This document shows, one piece after another, positions 1-10,891 of a DNA stretch of 64,000 nt; position 1 is the first letter of the stretch; each line of letters opens with the position of its first letter. Where the stretch lies: assembly GCA_000004695.1 (NCBI GenBank), contig CM000154.2:3104001-3168000 (forward strand), given 5' to 3'. Source of the DNA: Dictyostelium discoideum (lineage: Eukaryota). Below the pieces are notes generated by a model. The model was not told where the DNA came from. It saw only the letters and a list, made by a program, of their open reading frames with translations, and did no database searches. Both the position numbers and the translations under genes were made by a program.

Positions 1-1739
1 TAAATTCATTAATTTGGTCATTAGGTAGTGGTAATAATAATAATAATAATAATAGTACAAGTACATTATTATTATTATCAATAACAGATATTAAAAATAA
101 ATTTACAAGTAAAGAATTAGAAACAAATATTATTGAATTATTAATTACAAGTGAAAAGAATGAAATAATTTTTGGATTATATCGTTCATTATTACCATTT
201 ACTCATCATTTAAATCATTTTATTGATAATTGGAATTTTTATCAAATTAAAAGGGAAAATAATTATCAAGATTATTTAAAAATTAAAAAACATACTATTA
301 TTACAACAGATACTGTTTTTCATTCAAAAATGTTTGCACATTATAAATTTCAAGAATTTATTGATGATTGTCAAGATGATAATAATTTATTTAGATTTTG
401 TAAAACAAAAGATTCCCAAATTAATTTTATCAATAATTTTAATAAAGATTTAATAATGACAAATCAACCAAAGAAATATAATCTTTATAAAAATATTCTT
501 TCAAATTTAGTTTGGTTAGATGATATTGAATTAATAAATTTATTAAAGAAACCAGTTGAAGTTGAATTTAAACAAAATGAGAAATTATTATTAATTTCAA
601 AATTAAAATCAAATGAAATGTTTGATATAGTTTATCAAGTTTTAAAAATGGCAAATGAAATGGAAAGAAATTTAAATATATTAAAATCAATTGATTATAG
701 TATTAGTTCAACAACAACAACAACTACTACTTCTACCACAACAACAAATACAGTATCAAATGTTACTATTGGTAATGATGGACAACCTATAAAAAGAATT
801 TTAGAAATGTTAATCTTATGTGAAAAATCAAATATTTTACAACATTTTAAAAATAATTATACTCTTGATTATCTTTCACAAGTGAATTATATTGATTTAA
901 CAAATAAAACATTTAAATTTGGAATTTTTAAATTTGTTTATGATAATTTATCAGATTTTTCAGTTTATGAGAGAGTTAATGCTTGGAGAAATAATCTTAG
1001 TTTCATAACAAATGTTCAAGAATTTAAATATTTAGTTGAACGTACACCATCATCATCAGATTATAAACTACCATCAGATAATGGTTTATCATATTTTAAA
1101 TATATGGTACAAGAAAGATTATTTGATTTACAAAGTGGTAGATGTAGTTTCGAATCACATAAATATCCAATTTATCAATACTTTAAATTGGTTAAAGATA
1201 AAAGACAAGGTAAAGAAACTAATGAAGATGATATTAAAGAGGAATTTAATGATTTAATTTATCCAAAAAAATCAACATTTAGTAGTTATACACTAAGAAG
1301 TACATTTTCAAAAATTTGTCAATACAATGATTTGGATTTAATTGATCTTATTTTTACCGATGCTTCAAACTTCACCAATTTTGGTGATCAAAAAACAACA
1401 AATTCCAAATCGTATGTACAAATACTTTTGGAAGTAATAACATCACAAGGTGATTTAGAACTTTTTAAATATGTAAATTCAAAATTTCCAGAAATAGTTT
1501 TAATCATTTTAAAAGATGGTTCAAAATCAAGTTGGGTTAACGGTTTTTATCGTTGTTGTCGCCCTGTTCAACTTGCACTTACAAATGGCCATATTGACTT
1601 TTTATTATATATTTTAAGTTTAAAGAAAACAAATAAAGTCTTTTTAAAAATAACTCATATCTCAATTACATTCAATAATAAATGTTTATTAAATCATTTA
1701 ATAAATATAGACAATAGTTATTTATTTTTTGAACATTAA
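1..1739 (+). CDS. Hypothetical N/T-rich protein. The 5' end lies outside the window: the frame is open from base 3, and the first in-window ATG is at 330.
   Basis: Frame 3 is open from position 3 to the TAA at 1737-1739. I checked codon by codon and found no stop between 3 and 330. The codon usage is AT-biased and typical of Dictyostelium. A poly-Thr tract is present. The C-terminal 'GFYRCCRPVQLALTNGHIDFLL' looks weakly like a partial ankyrin repeat. No other recognisable domain. Confidence 0.55.
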   Translation, partial: NSLIWSLGSGNNNNNNNSTSTLLLLSITDIKNKFTSKELETNIIELLITSEKNEIIFGLYRSLLPFTHHLNHFIDNWNFYQIKRENNYQDYLKIKKHTIITTDTVFHSKMFAHYKFQEFIDDCQDDNNLFRFCKTKDSQINFINNFNKDLIMTNQPKKYNLYKNILSNLVWLDDIELINLLKKPVEVEFKQNEKLLLISKLKSNEMFDIVYQVLKMANEMERNLNILKSIDYSISSTTTTTTTSTTTTNTVSNVTIGNDGQPIKRILEMLILCEKSNILQHFKNNYTLDYLSQVNYIDLTNKTFKFGIFKFVYDNLSDFSVYERVNAWRNNLSFITNVQEFKYLVERTPSSSDYKLPSDNGLSYFKYMVQERLFDLQSGRCSFESHKYPIYQYFKLVKDKRQGKETNEDDIKEEFNDLIYPKKSTFSSYTLRSTFSKICQYNDLDLIDLIFTDASNFTNFGDQKTTNSKSYVQILLEVITSQGDLELFKYVNSKFPEIVLIILKDGSKSSWVNGFYRCCRPVQLALTNGHIDFLLYILSLKKTNKVFLKITHISITFNNKCLLNHLINIDNSYLFFEH

Positions 1740-1858
1740 TAATAATAAATAATAATAAATAATAATAAAAATAATTAATAATTAAATAAAAAAAAAAGGA
1801 ATAATTAACTTTATTGAATATATAGATGTTTTTTTTTTATTTTTTTATTTTTTAATAT

Positions 1859-3448
1859 TTATTGTTGTAAAAATGATTGTAGTTGTTTTAAATTTTCATT
1901 ATTTTGTAAATTACGACCGATATCACTCATTGAATGAGTGATTGAGATAGAGGTTTGAGTATGTTCAACTTTAATTCTAGTTGGTCCATTCTTTCCAATC
2001 ATAAATACACCATAGATGATTGGAACTTTGTCACCAATTATTGAACGAATTGATTTAATTTTGAAAGCATCTCTTTCGGAATCAGTTCTAGCACCCATAC
2101 AAGAGACAGCATATAATACAAAAACATTTTCAAAATCACCTACACTATAGCTATTATCATTTAACCCAATTTTAGTAAGGTCTTTTACTTCTTGGACTGT
2201 TACATCTTTCAATCTACTTTGTAATAATGTTGTCATATTTGGAAAGAAATCACTTTGTTTGTACACCAATAGCTTTTTATTTGTGATTACTTGTTGTTTT
2301 GTTACAAATGTAGTTTCAGCAAACAATGGTGTTTTCAATGCTTCAACTTCCATCTCTGCAGTAGATACATCATCATTGGAAGACCTTGGGTGTGTATCAA
2401 CTTTAATTTCTAAAGTTTCATTTTGTGGAATTTCAATAATAAATTCTTCACCATTTTTTTGTTTATCTTCTAGTTTTTCTTCTTTTTGTTTATCTTCTTC
2501 TTGTTTATCTTCTTTCTTATCTTCTTCTTTTTTATCTTCTTTTTGTTTATCTTCTTCTTGTGGAATTTCAATAATAAAATTTTCACCATCTTGTTGTTTA
2601 CCTTCTTCTTTTTGTTTTTCTTCTTCTTGTGGAATTTCAATAATAAAAATTTCACCATATTTTTGTTTACCTTCTTCTTTTTTATCTTCTTCTTTTTTAT
2701 CTTCTTTTTGTATACCTTCTTTTTGTTTAACCTCTTCTTGTTTAACCTCTTCTTGTTTATCTTGTTTCTCTTCATTTTGATGTGAAGGTGAAGTTGATGA
2801 AAATGTTTGTTGATTAGTCTCTGTTTGAGTTTGCTGTTTTACAGTTTTTATTGATTCTTGTGGAATCTCATTGGTAATATTATTCACTTGATTTTGTTTT
2901 TCTTCTAGTTTGTGTGATGGTGATGATTGTTGGGATTGGTCACTTTTTATTTTAAAAAAATCGAGTTCAATAGATTTATCAATGGAATCACCTTCACTTT
3001 GTTTTTTATCAATACTAGTAGCTCCCATTGTTGTCTTAGTGGTAGTAGTAGTAGTAGTGGTGTCTATGACATTGATAAAACTATTGATTATTAAGTCTGT
3101 ATTGGTGGTGCTATTATTGTTGTGATATTCGTCGAGTTTTGTTTTCAAATCTTGAATTTCATTTTTTAAAAGTTTTGATTCATTATTTAATCTAGCAATA
3201 TCTAATAGTTTTTCAAACATTATTTCATACAATAGATCTCTATGAATCTTTGTTCCTAAATCTCTAATTTGCACGATATGAATGATACCCCTGAATTTAG
3301 GAACTTTGGAAAAATCTTTTTCTGTATAAGTGGTTCTCCAATTGAGGTTTCCTGGTCCATCAATCTGGTTATCTAGGTTTTGTAAATTCTTCTTTTCCAA
3401 AAGTCTAAAAAATTCATCTACGTCTTTTAAATGGAAAAAATCTAACAT
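1859..3448 (-). CDS. Hypothetical 529-aa protein. It has a globular N-terminus, a central E/K/Q-rich linker with a triplicated 'GE(I/N/E)FIIEIPQ' motif, and a conserved-looking C-terminal domain.
   Basis: True ATG at 3448-3446 and a long uninterrupted minus-strand ORF. The central region carries (GAAGAAGATAAA)-type nucleotide repeats. The C-terminal ~150 aa ('FVLYAVSCMGARTDSERDAFKIKSIRSIIGDKVPIIYGVFMIGKNGP') reads like a folded domain, but I cannot name it. Confidence 0.6.
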   Translation of the reverse strand: MLDFFHLKDVDEFFRLLEKKNLQNLDNQIDGPGNLNWRTTYTEKDFSKVPKFRGIIHIVQIRDLGTKIHRDLLYEIMFEKLLDIARLNNESKLLKNEIQDLKTKLDEYHNNNSTTNTDLIINSFINVIDTTTTTTTTKTTMGATSIDKKQSEGDSIDKSIELDFFKIKSDQSQQSSPSHKLEEKQNQVNNITNEIPQESIKTVKQQTQTETNQQTFSSTSPSHQNEEKQDKQEEVKQEEVKQKEGIQKEDKKEEDKKEEGKQKYGEIFIIEIPQEEEKQKEEGKQQDGENFIIEIPQEEDKQKEDKKEEDKKEDKQEEDKQKEEKLEDKQKNGEEFIIEIPQNETLEIKVDTHPRSSNDDVSTAEMEVEALKTPLFAETTFVTKQQVITNKKLLVYKQSDFFPNMTTLLQSRLKDVTVQEVKDLTKIGLNDNSYSVGDFENVFVLYAVSCMGARTDSERDAFKIKSIRSIIGDKVPIIYGVFMIGKNGPTRIKVEHTQTSISITHSMSDIGRNLQNNENLKQLQSFLQQ

Positions 3449-3575
3449 ATTTTTTTTTTTATTATTTATTGTAATTTAATTTGGTATTATTTTATTGTTG
3501 ATTATATAATTTTTGTTTTTTTTTTTGAATTAATAATTTTTTTTTTTTTAATACAGTTTATTAAATTAATTTTCA

Positions 3576-3606
<31 letters not shown>

Positions 3607-4149
3607 TAAAACTTAATATTTTAAAAAAACTTATTTAAAATGATATTTTTGTGTTAAATTCAGTTTCAAAAAAAAAAAAAAAAAAATAATTTCTGAACTT
3701 AAATTTTCCAGTGGCAATTTAAAATATTTTTACATGGGGGCTCATATAAAATTAATTTGTATAATTTTCAAATTTTGAAAAGTGCTGGCTTTTACAATAA
3801 TTAATTCATTTTTTATAAAAACTTTTTAATTATTTTTCTATTTTTGTTATTAAATTATTTAGATATAAAAAGGTAATAAATTGTTGAAATGAATATTGGG
3901 ATTATTTAAAATTAACACTTTATAAAAAAAAAAAAAAAAAAAATAGAAAAAAGTTGGAGATATCCTAGGTTATTAAAAAAAAAAAAACAATTAAATTTAG
4001 AAATAAATAATAATAATAAAAATTATAACTAAAACACGATTGGCAAAATAAAATAATCCCATTCAATTATCTATTAAAAAACTTGATTTATTTTTGACTC
4101 TTTTTTTTTTTTTTTTTTTTTTAATAAATAAAAGTGTTGATTTAGTAAA

Positions 4150-7100
4150 TTAAGAACCTTGGGTTCCAATTTTTTTTAGTTTTTTAGATAATTGATTTTC
4201 AACAAATTTCTTTTTATAGATATAGAAAGATAAAGCAATAACCAAAGCCACACCTAATACACCAGAAACAACCACCACAGGAATTAAATAAGCAGGTCTT
4301 TCACTTTCACCACAATCATTTTTAAAAGATGTCGTAACTAAAACGGAAAAATCAGGGTCAATTATACAATTTGTACAATATGGTAAATTTAAACCAACAA
4401 TAACTGAATCACTTGATTTTGTAACAAGCTCAGATGTGATAATTGAAGATCTACCATCTGAAAGTATTCTATTTAAAAATCTGGCTTGCATAATTTTTGA
4501 ATCCTTTTTAATTGTTATATAATTTAATAATTCGTTATTACTATTTTGAATATCTGTATCTTGTTGATTACAATCATTATTATCACTTGTTACTGATGAT
4601 TGAAATTGTAATTGTAAATTATTTAAGAATGAATTATATTGATAATTATTAATTGATACCGAAATTTTAATTGAACCACTATCTAAAGTTAAATTATAAC
4701 CTGCAAATGAGTAATGTTTTGATTTCTCTTTAATCTCCTCAACTGTATATGATACAGTACAATTTGTTAATGATTGAACTAATGTTTGAGAGAATTGATA
4801 AATATTATTACTATTATTATCATCTGTATTTTTCATTTCTGTTACCCATTTATTATCTAATGTATACTCTTTAATTACATTTTTATCAACATCAAATTCA
4901 ATTAATTTTGTAATTAAAATTTGGTAACTTGTTTTTTGATTATTTATAACTGTTGTACCATTATTATCAATTGTTGTATTTGATGATGGTACTCCACCAT
5001 TACCATTACCACCACCACCACCACTAATGATGCTACAATCAAATCCTGTATATCCAGATCTACAATTACATTCACCTGTATTTACAATACAATCACCATT
5101 TTTTGAACAATTATTTAAACAACTTTTAACACTTGTTTCATAAATGAAATAGCCTGACCATGAAACTCCATTTTGTTGAATTGATAATGACTTTTTACCT
5201 GTACCTGGCCAAATAGTACATTGTATTGAAACATTTGTTATGGTATTTTGAATTAATGGACAATTTTGATTATCAATGCTAACTATTAAATTATTATGAG
5301 AATTTGAAAACCAACCATATAAAGTTATATCACCACCCATTTCATTAACAGAATCAATCGAGGATACATATATATTGGTATTTATACTACAATCATCACC
5401 ACTCCATCCAACTGCGCAAACACATTTTAATGAATTTGTATCACAATATTCACCAATGTTACACTCTCTATAACATTTAGGTGGAAGTTGTGATTGAGTT
5501 GCATTTACTGTTTTAACAATTTCTTTAATACTTGAAAAATAAATTGTAAAAATACCATTTGATGGTAATAATTCATTAAAATAGTATGAAGATTCAAATC
5601 TGTATGATGGAATGGTTGGTTCCCAACTAAAAAATGGTACCGTATAAAAATCTTGAGAATTAAGTCCAATATCATTTCCCCACATTATTAATTTTTTATT
5701 TACTCTATCAATATAAATATTAACTTTAATTGTAGAACATGTTGGGTCATATTTCAAATTACTATTAAATAAAAAAATATTTCTTGATGATGATGGGTAA
5801 CATGAAAAACATGAAGGTAAAGTTCCAGATAAATTATTAAACTTTAAATCTAAAGACATTGAATTCATTGTACAATAACTTGAATCAACTGTTCCTGATA
5901 TCTTTTTTATAAAAAAAATAATAAAAATAAAAACATAATTATAAAAAAAAAAAAAAAATCAAAATTAATATTATTCAAATAATTTGATTTTTAAATTTTT
6001 AAAAAATACATACCATATTATTACTTAAATCTAAAATTGAAAAATTATTTTTTGGTAACTTTACATTTAAATTGGAATACAATATTTTTAATTCGTCAAC
6101 ATTTGAAAATTTATTCAAATCTTTTTCATTTGGAAAATTTCCTCCATTTATTTCAAATTTTTTGATATTTGGAAGTGATAAAAATGGGATCATACCATTT
6201 ATTGAAAATTCACCAAAAGTATATCCAAATCTTAATTCTGTTATATTATTGTTTTCTGGTAATTCAATCATTTGGGTTGGTTTATTTATCATTCCACCTA
6301 TTGATCTTTTTTTTTTTTTTTTTTTTTTATAATTATTATTATTATTTTTATTATTTTAAACGATTAAAAAAATTTAAAAAAAAATATTTACAATGATGTC
6401 ATTATTGAATTTTGAATATTAAATATTGATATTGGGAAATCTATAGTAGAATTATTAATGAATGCACTAAAAGATAAATAAAACTTTATTAGTTTACAAT
6501 TTCTAATAATAAAACTATAATTAATAATACATACAATTTTTGAACTTTGGTCATTGTTGCCAAGTTTGATACATCATTATTAATGTATGAAAAATAATCT
6601 GTTAAATATAAATTCAATTCTTTTACATTTACATTTGTAAAAGATGGTATAGAATTTGCAACTAAACTTAAAAAATCAATATCCAAAACACTTTTAAGGT
6701 CATTTACATAAGTAACTGAAATTTCTCCAATACTTGTATTAGGAACAATTTCTAGTATTCCAAATTTATTTAAATATGAAAATTTAAACTCTCCTTGAAA
6801 ACTAGGTGGATGAACTATTGATCTATTATGAAACAATTAATAATAAAATTTATGAATAATGATAATAAAAAAAATAAAAAAATAAAAAAATAAAATAAAC
6901 TTACAAATATGTTTGAGAAATTGGTGAATCAATCTTTACAACATTACATAGAGTTAAAGTTATAGATTCCACATAAACATTGCTTAAAAAATCTGGTGAT
7001 AGGTAACAATTTGAGAGTTTTCTTATTTTTTTTTTTTATTTTTAATATTGAAAATTAAAAAATAATTAATAAAATAAAAAATAGTTTAAAATAATTAAAA

Positions 7101-7510
7101 AATAAAATAAAAAAAAAACCTACAATTTACTTAAACTTGAAAATGAAAAACTACTTGATTCAATAATTTGAGTATTAGTTTGTATAATGTCTGCATAGAT
7201 TAAAACAACTTTATTTGAAATAGTTGTACAAGAAAACATATATTGATTTGAGTAATTACAAAAATCATAAACACCCTCACTTATTATTGGAAACCCTGTC
7301 ATATTAACATTCATACTATTAACTAAATCATTTAATAGTTGGGCTTATATTATTTTTAAAAATTTTAATAATAACTTCTTTATTTTTTATTTTTTATTTA
7401 TTTTTAAATAATTTTTAAATACCTTCCGAGGGGTCTAGAATTAGAGATGAAGCACATATATTTAAATAAAAATAAAAAAAAATAAAAACAAACATATATA
7501 TTTTTTTCAT
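4150..7510 (-). CDS. Type I membrane protein with a signal peptide, leucine-rich repeats, two EGF-like modules and one C-terminal TM helix. Five-exon model, ~879 aa.
   Basis: Exons on the minus strand: 7510-7423 (MKKIYMFVFIFF... signal peptide, donor GTATTT), 7343-7124, 6822-6535, 6305-6014, 5901-4150. Donors are GTATTT, GTAGGT, GTATGT, GTATGT. Acceptors are aag/tag/aag/aag. The phases 1, 2, 2, 0 close the reading frame across four separate ORF-track fragments. The LRR motif 'LDLKFNNLSGTLP' and 'LDLSNN' are present. Two EGF-like Cys patterns are 'CYRECNIGEYCDTNSLKCVCAVGWSGDDCS' and 'CLNNCSKNGDCIVNTGECNCRSGYTGFDCS'. The TM helix is 'AYLIPVVVVSGVLGVALVIALSFYIYKKK'. Confidence 0.7.
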
Positions 7511-7514
7511 TCTC

Positions 7515-7548
<34 letters not shown>

Positions 7549-7605
7549 ACACAACCAAAACCAAAATTTAGATAAAAGAAATGATCTTTATTTTATTTTT
7601 TTTTT

Positions 7606-7638
<33 letters not shown>

Positions 7639-7861
7639 ATTTGGGATTTTGAAAAAAAAAGATATTTATTTCGGAAGTTTTTTTATTAAAGTGGGAAAAG
7701 ATATTATTTTGGTTGCGTATCTTTTCCACCTCCAATGACTTACAACAATGTTATTTGAAATAAATGTGACAAAAGTGGGAAATAATTTATTTTTAAATTT
7801 TTTTTATTTTTATTTTTATTTTTCTTTTTTTTTTTTTTTTTTTTTTTTTTCTTTACAATTT

Positions 7862-8551
7862 TTAATTTTCTGAGATAGATGCATTAATACTTTTTAAATT
7901 TTTATCATTAATTTCAATGTCATTTGTAATATTTTGTTGAAACCTCTTTATAAAATATTTTAAAAAAATAAATGTACCTAAACCTCCAATAATTATTAAA
8001 CCAACTATTGAGACTACAATTACAATAACTATAATTCCGGTGCCTGGATCATCATCATTTTGGTCACTACTAATTAAACCACTACTATTTATATTGGTGC
8101 TACTGTCACTATTATTATTTGAATTTTGTTCTATAAATTCAATTTTATTATTGCAATTAAAATCCTTTACAAGGAATTGGCAATCAATTTTTAAATTTTT
8201 AATTATTGCTTGGGGTTGGAGGACTTGTTGATTTTTGTTGATTTTAAAAATGGCAATATCATTATAATTATCATTTATCAAATTATAAAAACATTTTATT
8301 TCATAATCAGAACTTTGATTAATTTTACAATATTTATTTGAAATTGAAACCATTAATTTCAAAATATTATTATAATTATTATTATTATTACTATTATATG
8401 TGTGATTAAAATTTATTAAAAAGAAAATTTGTGTTGAATTATTGTTAATTTTTATCATTTCAATTTTTGATTGTTTAAAATATTCACTAGAATTTATTTT
8501 ACTAATATCTATTAAAAAAAAAAATAATAATGATATCAAGTATAATTTCAT
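7862..8551 (-). CDS. Hypothetical small type I membrane protein of 229 aa with an N-terminal signal peptide, an Asn-rich ectodomain and a C-terminal TM helix.
   Basis: ATG at 8551. Hydrophobic N-terminus 'MKLYLISLLFFFLIDIS'. TM segment 'GIIVIVIVVSIVGLIIIGGLGTFIFL'. Single exon. Confidence 0.5.
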   Translation of the reverse strand: MKLYLISLLFFFLIDISKINSSEYFKQSKIEMIKINNNSTQIFFLINFNHTYNSNNNNNYNNILKLMVSISNKYCKINQSSDYEIKCFYNLINDNYNDIAIFKINKNQQVLQPQAIIKNLKIDCQFLVKDFNCNNKIEFIEQNSNNNSDSSTNINSSGLISSDQNDDDPGTGIIVIVIVVSIVGLIIIGGLGTFIFLKYFIKRFQQNITNDIEINDKNLKSINASISEN

Positions 8552-9095
8552 TTTATTGTTTTTTTTTTTTTTTTTTTTTTTTGAAAATATATGGGCACAA
8601 ATTGGAAGAAAAAATAATGATAATAATTTTCTAAAAAATCATTTCTTTTCTTTTTTTTTTTTTTTTTCTCTTTTTTTTTTTATTAAACTTAAAACAAAGA
8701 TTGGGATGTTTTTTTTTTTAATAATGAAATATAGACTTGAAAGGTAAGAAAATAAAAGTTTATAATAAAATGAAAAGATATTTATGATTGTTTTTTTTTT
8801 TTTTTTCATTTTTTTAAATTTATTTGAAAACTTTGGATATTATGATTGATTTGATAATCAAAAAATCAAAAAGTGTTTTGAAAAAAAATCTTTTTTTTTT
8901 GTAATCATTCATCATTTTTTAAAATTTTAAAAAATTGATTTTTGTTTTTGATGACCTAAAATTAGATTTTTTTTTTTTTTTTTTTCATATTAAAGATGTT
9001 CATATTAAAATTTTTTTTGTGTTAATTTGAATTGGAATGACTTGAACAAGTTTCTAACTGGGGATAATAGTCAAGAGGACTTTCTAATATTATCA

Positions 9096-9106
9096 GGAAT
9101 CGAACC
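9096..9106 (-). promoter_or_regulatory. Extra B box (ex-B), about 30 nt downstream of the tRNA-Lys 3' end
   Basis: Minus-strand GGTTCGATTCC is a perfect B-box consensus lying 29 nt 3' of the tRNA. There is not enough room for a second tRNA, because no partner acceptor or anticodon arm is present. This matches the known Dictyostelium arrangement of an extra B box in tRNA 3' flanks. Confidence 0.6.
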
Positions 9107-9135
9107 TATGATCTGTTTCATCACAATTAAAATTT

Positions 9136-9208
9136 CGCCCAAAGGGGGGCTCGAACCCCCGACCACAAGGTTAAAAGCCTTGCGCTCTACCGACTGAGCT
9201 ATCTGGGC
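9136..9208 (-). tRNA. tRNA-Lys, anticodon UUU
   Basis: The minus-strand sequence is GCCCAGATAGCTCAGTCGGTAGAGCGCAAGGCTTTTAACCTTGTGGTCGGGGGTTCGAGCCCCCCTTTGGGCG, 73 nt. It has a 7-bp acceptor stem (GCCCAGA/TTTGGGC with one G-U pair). The A box is TAGCTCAGTCGG. The anticodon loop is CTTTTAA (UUU). The B box is GGTTCGAGCCC. The discriminator is G. The CCA is not encoded. Confidence 0.92.
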
Positions 9209-9882
9209 TTTGATGATGAGAGTTAAAAAAATTAGTAAAAAAAAATTATAATATTATAATTTAAAAATCTTAATGTATTTATTCATTTATTCATTTATTT
9301 TTTCATTTATTCATTATTCAGTTATTTAAGTTATTCATTTATTAAGTTATTCATTTATTCATCTTTTTATTTATATATTCCTTTATTTTTTTATTTATTT
9401 ATTTATAGTTTATTTATTTATTTAATTATTTATTAATTTATTATTTATTTAAAAAAAACATTTGGCGTGGCTATGCTCATGCATAATATTTTTTTTGTAA
9501 GAATCTTGTTTTGAACAAAAAAAAAAAAAAAAACAATAATACAAAATAATTACCTAATAAATAAGGAAAGATTAAAATCACTCCTATAATATAAAGCAAA
9601 GTTTATTTTATTTTATTTTAAAAAAATTTTATTTGTTAATTTAAAATTATATATTTTTATTAAATTTTTTTTTCTTTTTGGAAAATTTAAATTCTAAAAA
9701 AAAACTACGCCACATAAAAATTATTCTCCAAGTAGAAATTAAAATAAATAAATAAATAAATAATAAATAATTTAATTAAGTTTTTTTAAGTCATAGTATT
9801 TTTCTTTATTTTTGATTTTTTTTTTTTTTTTTTTTTTTGTTTTTTTTTTATACAAAAACTAAATTTTTTTTTTTTTTTTTTT

Positions 9883-10242
9883 TTAATGTTTTTGTTTAAT
9901 TAATTTTTGTTCATTCTCTTTGTATTTCTTTCCTTCATAGAATTTCCAAGCAAATAAACCAAATACACCCAAAGCTAGGAAACCAATGAATTTATTTGAT
10001 CCAGGAGCTGGTACCTTTGGTGGATAACCGGTTCTTTGAGCATTATGGACATTTTCTTCAATAGTATGTTTGGCATTATTCAAATTGCTTGAAATGTTCT
10101 CTTTAATATTTTTGAAATTTGAATTTAATTGATCTTTTGATGCATTTATTCCAGAGGCATATGAGGATGCAGTATTCTTGGCATTCTTTAAACCTTCTGC
10201 TGCTTTTTTAGCAAGTTTTTCTTTATCCCAATTATCAGTCAT
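9883..10242 (-). CDS. Small 119-aa hypothetical protein with a single C-terminal TM helix, tail-anchored-like
   Basis: ATG at 10242. The N-terminal half is hydrophilic and K/A/N-rich. C-terminal 'FIGFLALGVFGLFAWKF' is followed by a basic tail. Confidence 0.5.
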   Translation of the reverse strand: MTDNWDKEKLAKKAAEGLKNAKNTASSYASGINASKDQLNSNFKNIKENISSNLNNAKHTIEENVHNAQRTGYPPKVPAPGSNKFIGFLALGVFGLFAWKFYEGKKYKENEQKLIKQKH

Positions 10243-10379
10243 TTTCTTCTATCTTTTAATTTATTTGAAATTAATAATTTTTATTTTTATAAATTTTTTA
10301 AAAACAAATTAATAATATAATGAATAATAAAAAAAAAAAAAAAAAAAAACCTTTTTAATTTATAATCGATTATTGAAAC

Positions 10380-10410
<31 letters not shown>

Positions 10411-10891
10411 AAATAATAATTAAAAATTAATTAAATTAAAAAATTAAAATAAAAAATAATTATTAAAAAAAAAAAAATTATATTCCAATAAAATAATATT
10501 ATTTACATTTGTTCCAATTTGAGAAATGTTTTATCAATGAAAAAAAAAAAAAATAATAAAAATAATAATAAAAATTAAAAAAAAGAATATCACATGTAAT
10601 ATGTTTTTTTTGGTTATTTACAAATTGTTTTTTTATTATATTTACTTGAACACACACCCACACCCCCCATAGTGAATACTTTTTTTTTTTTTTTATTTTT
10701 TTTTTATTTTGTACAATTTGATTTTGGGTGTCTTCTTTTTTTTTTTTTTTTTTTTTGTATTTTGGGGTGTTGTGATATGAAATTTTTATTATTTTATTAT
10801 TTTATTATTTTTGAGAATATTATTTATTATTATTACTACTATTATATTGTTATTATTTTTTTTTCTTTTTTTTTAAAAAAATGAAAAAAAA

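Noticed and set aside
2259-3125. Plus-strand ORFs (2259-2780, 2486-2785, 2910-3125) and the minus ORF 2470-2775 inside the 1859-3448 gene
   Set aside because: They are shadow ORFs created by the GAAGAAGATAAA-type repeat. The long minus-strand frame with a true ATG is the coherent one.
8442-8747. The plus-strand ORF 8442-8747 and other short poly-F/L/K ORFs (6072-6396, 10672-10884, 11677-11862, 57031-57765 minus, 58207-58521 minus and others)
   Set aside because: They are low-complexity translations of poly-A/T or GAAAAA repeats. They either have no start context or are antisense to a well-supported gene.
9060-9135. A possible second tRNA immediately downstream of tRNA-Lys, suggested by a GGTTCGATTCC T-arm-like sequence
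   Set aside because: Only a B-box-like 11-mer is present. There is no acceptor-stem partner, D-arm or anticodon arm within range. I interpret it as the Dictyostelium extra B box rather than a gene.
9460-9720. 'GGCGTGGC' near 9465 and 'CGCCAC' near 9712, a possible short inverted repeat flanking an AT-rich stretch
   Set aside because: Only ~6 bp of complementarity separated by ~240 bp. This is too short to distinguish from chance.
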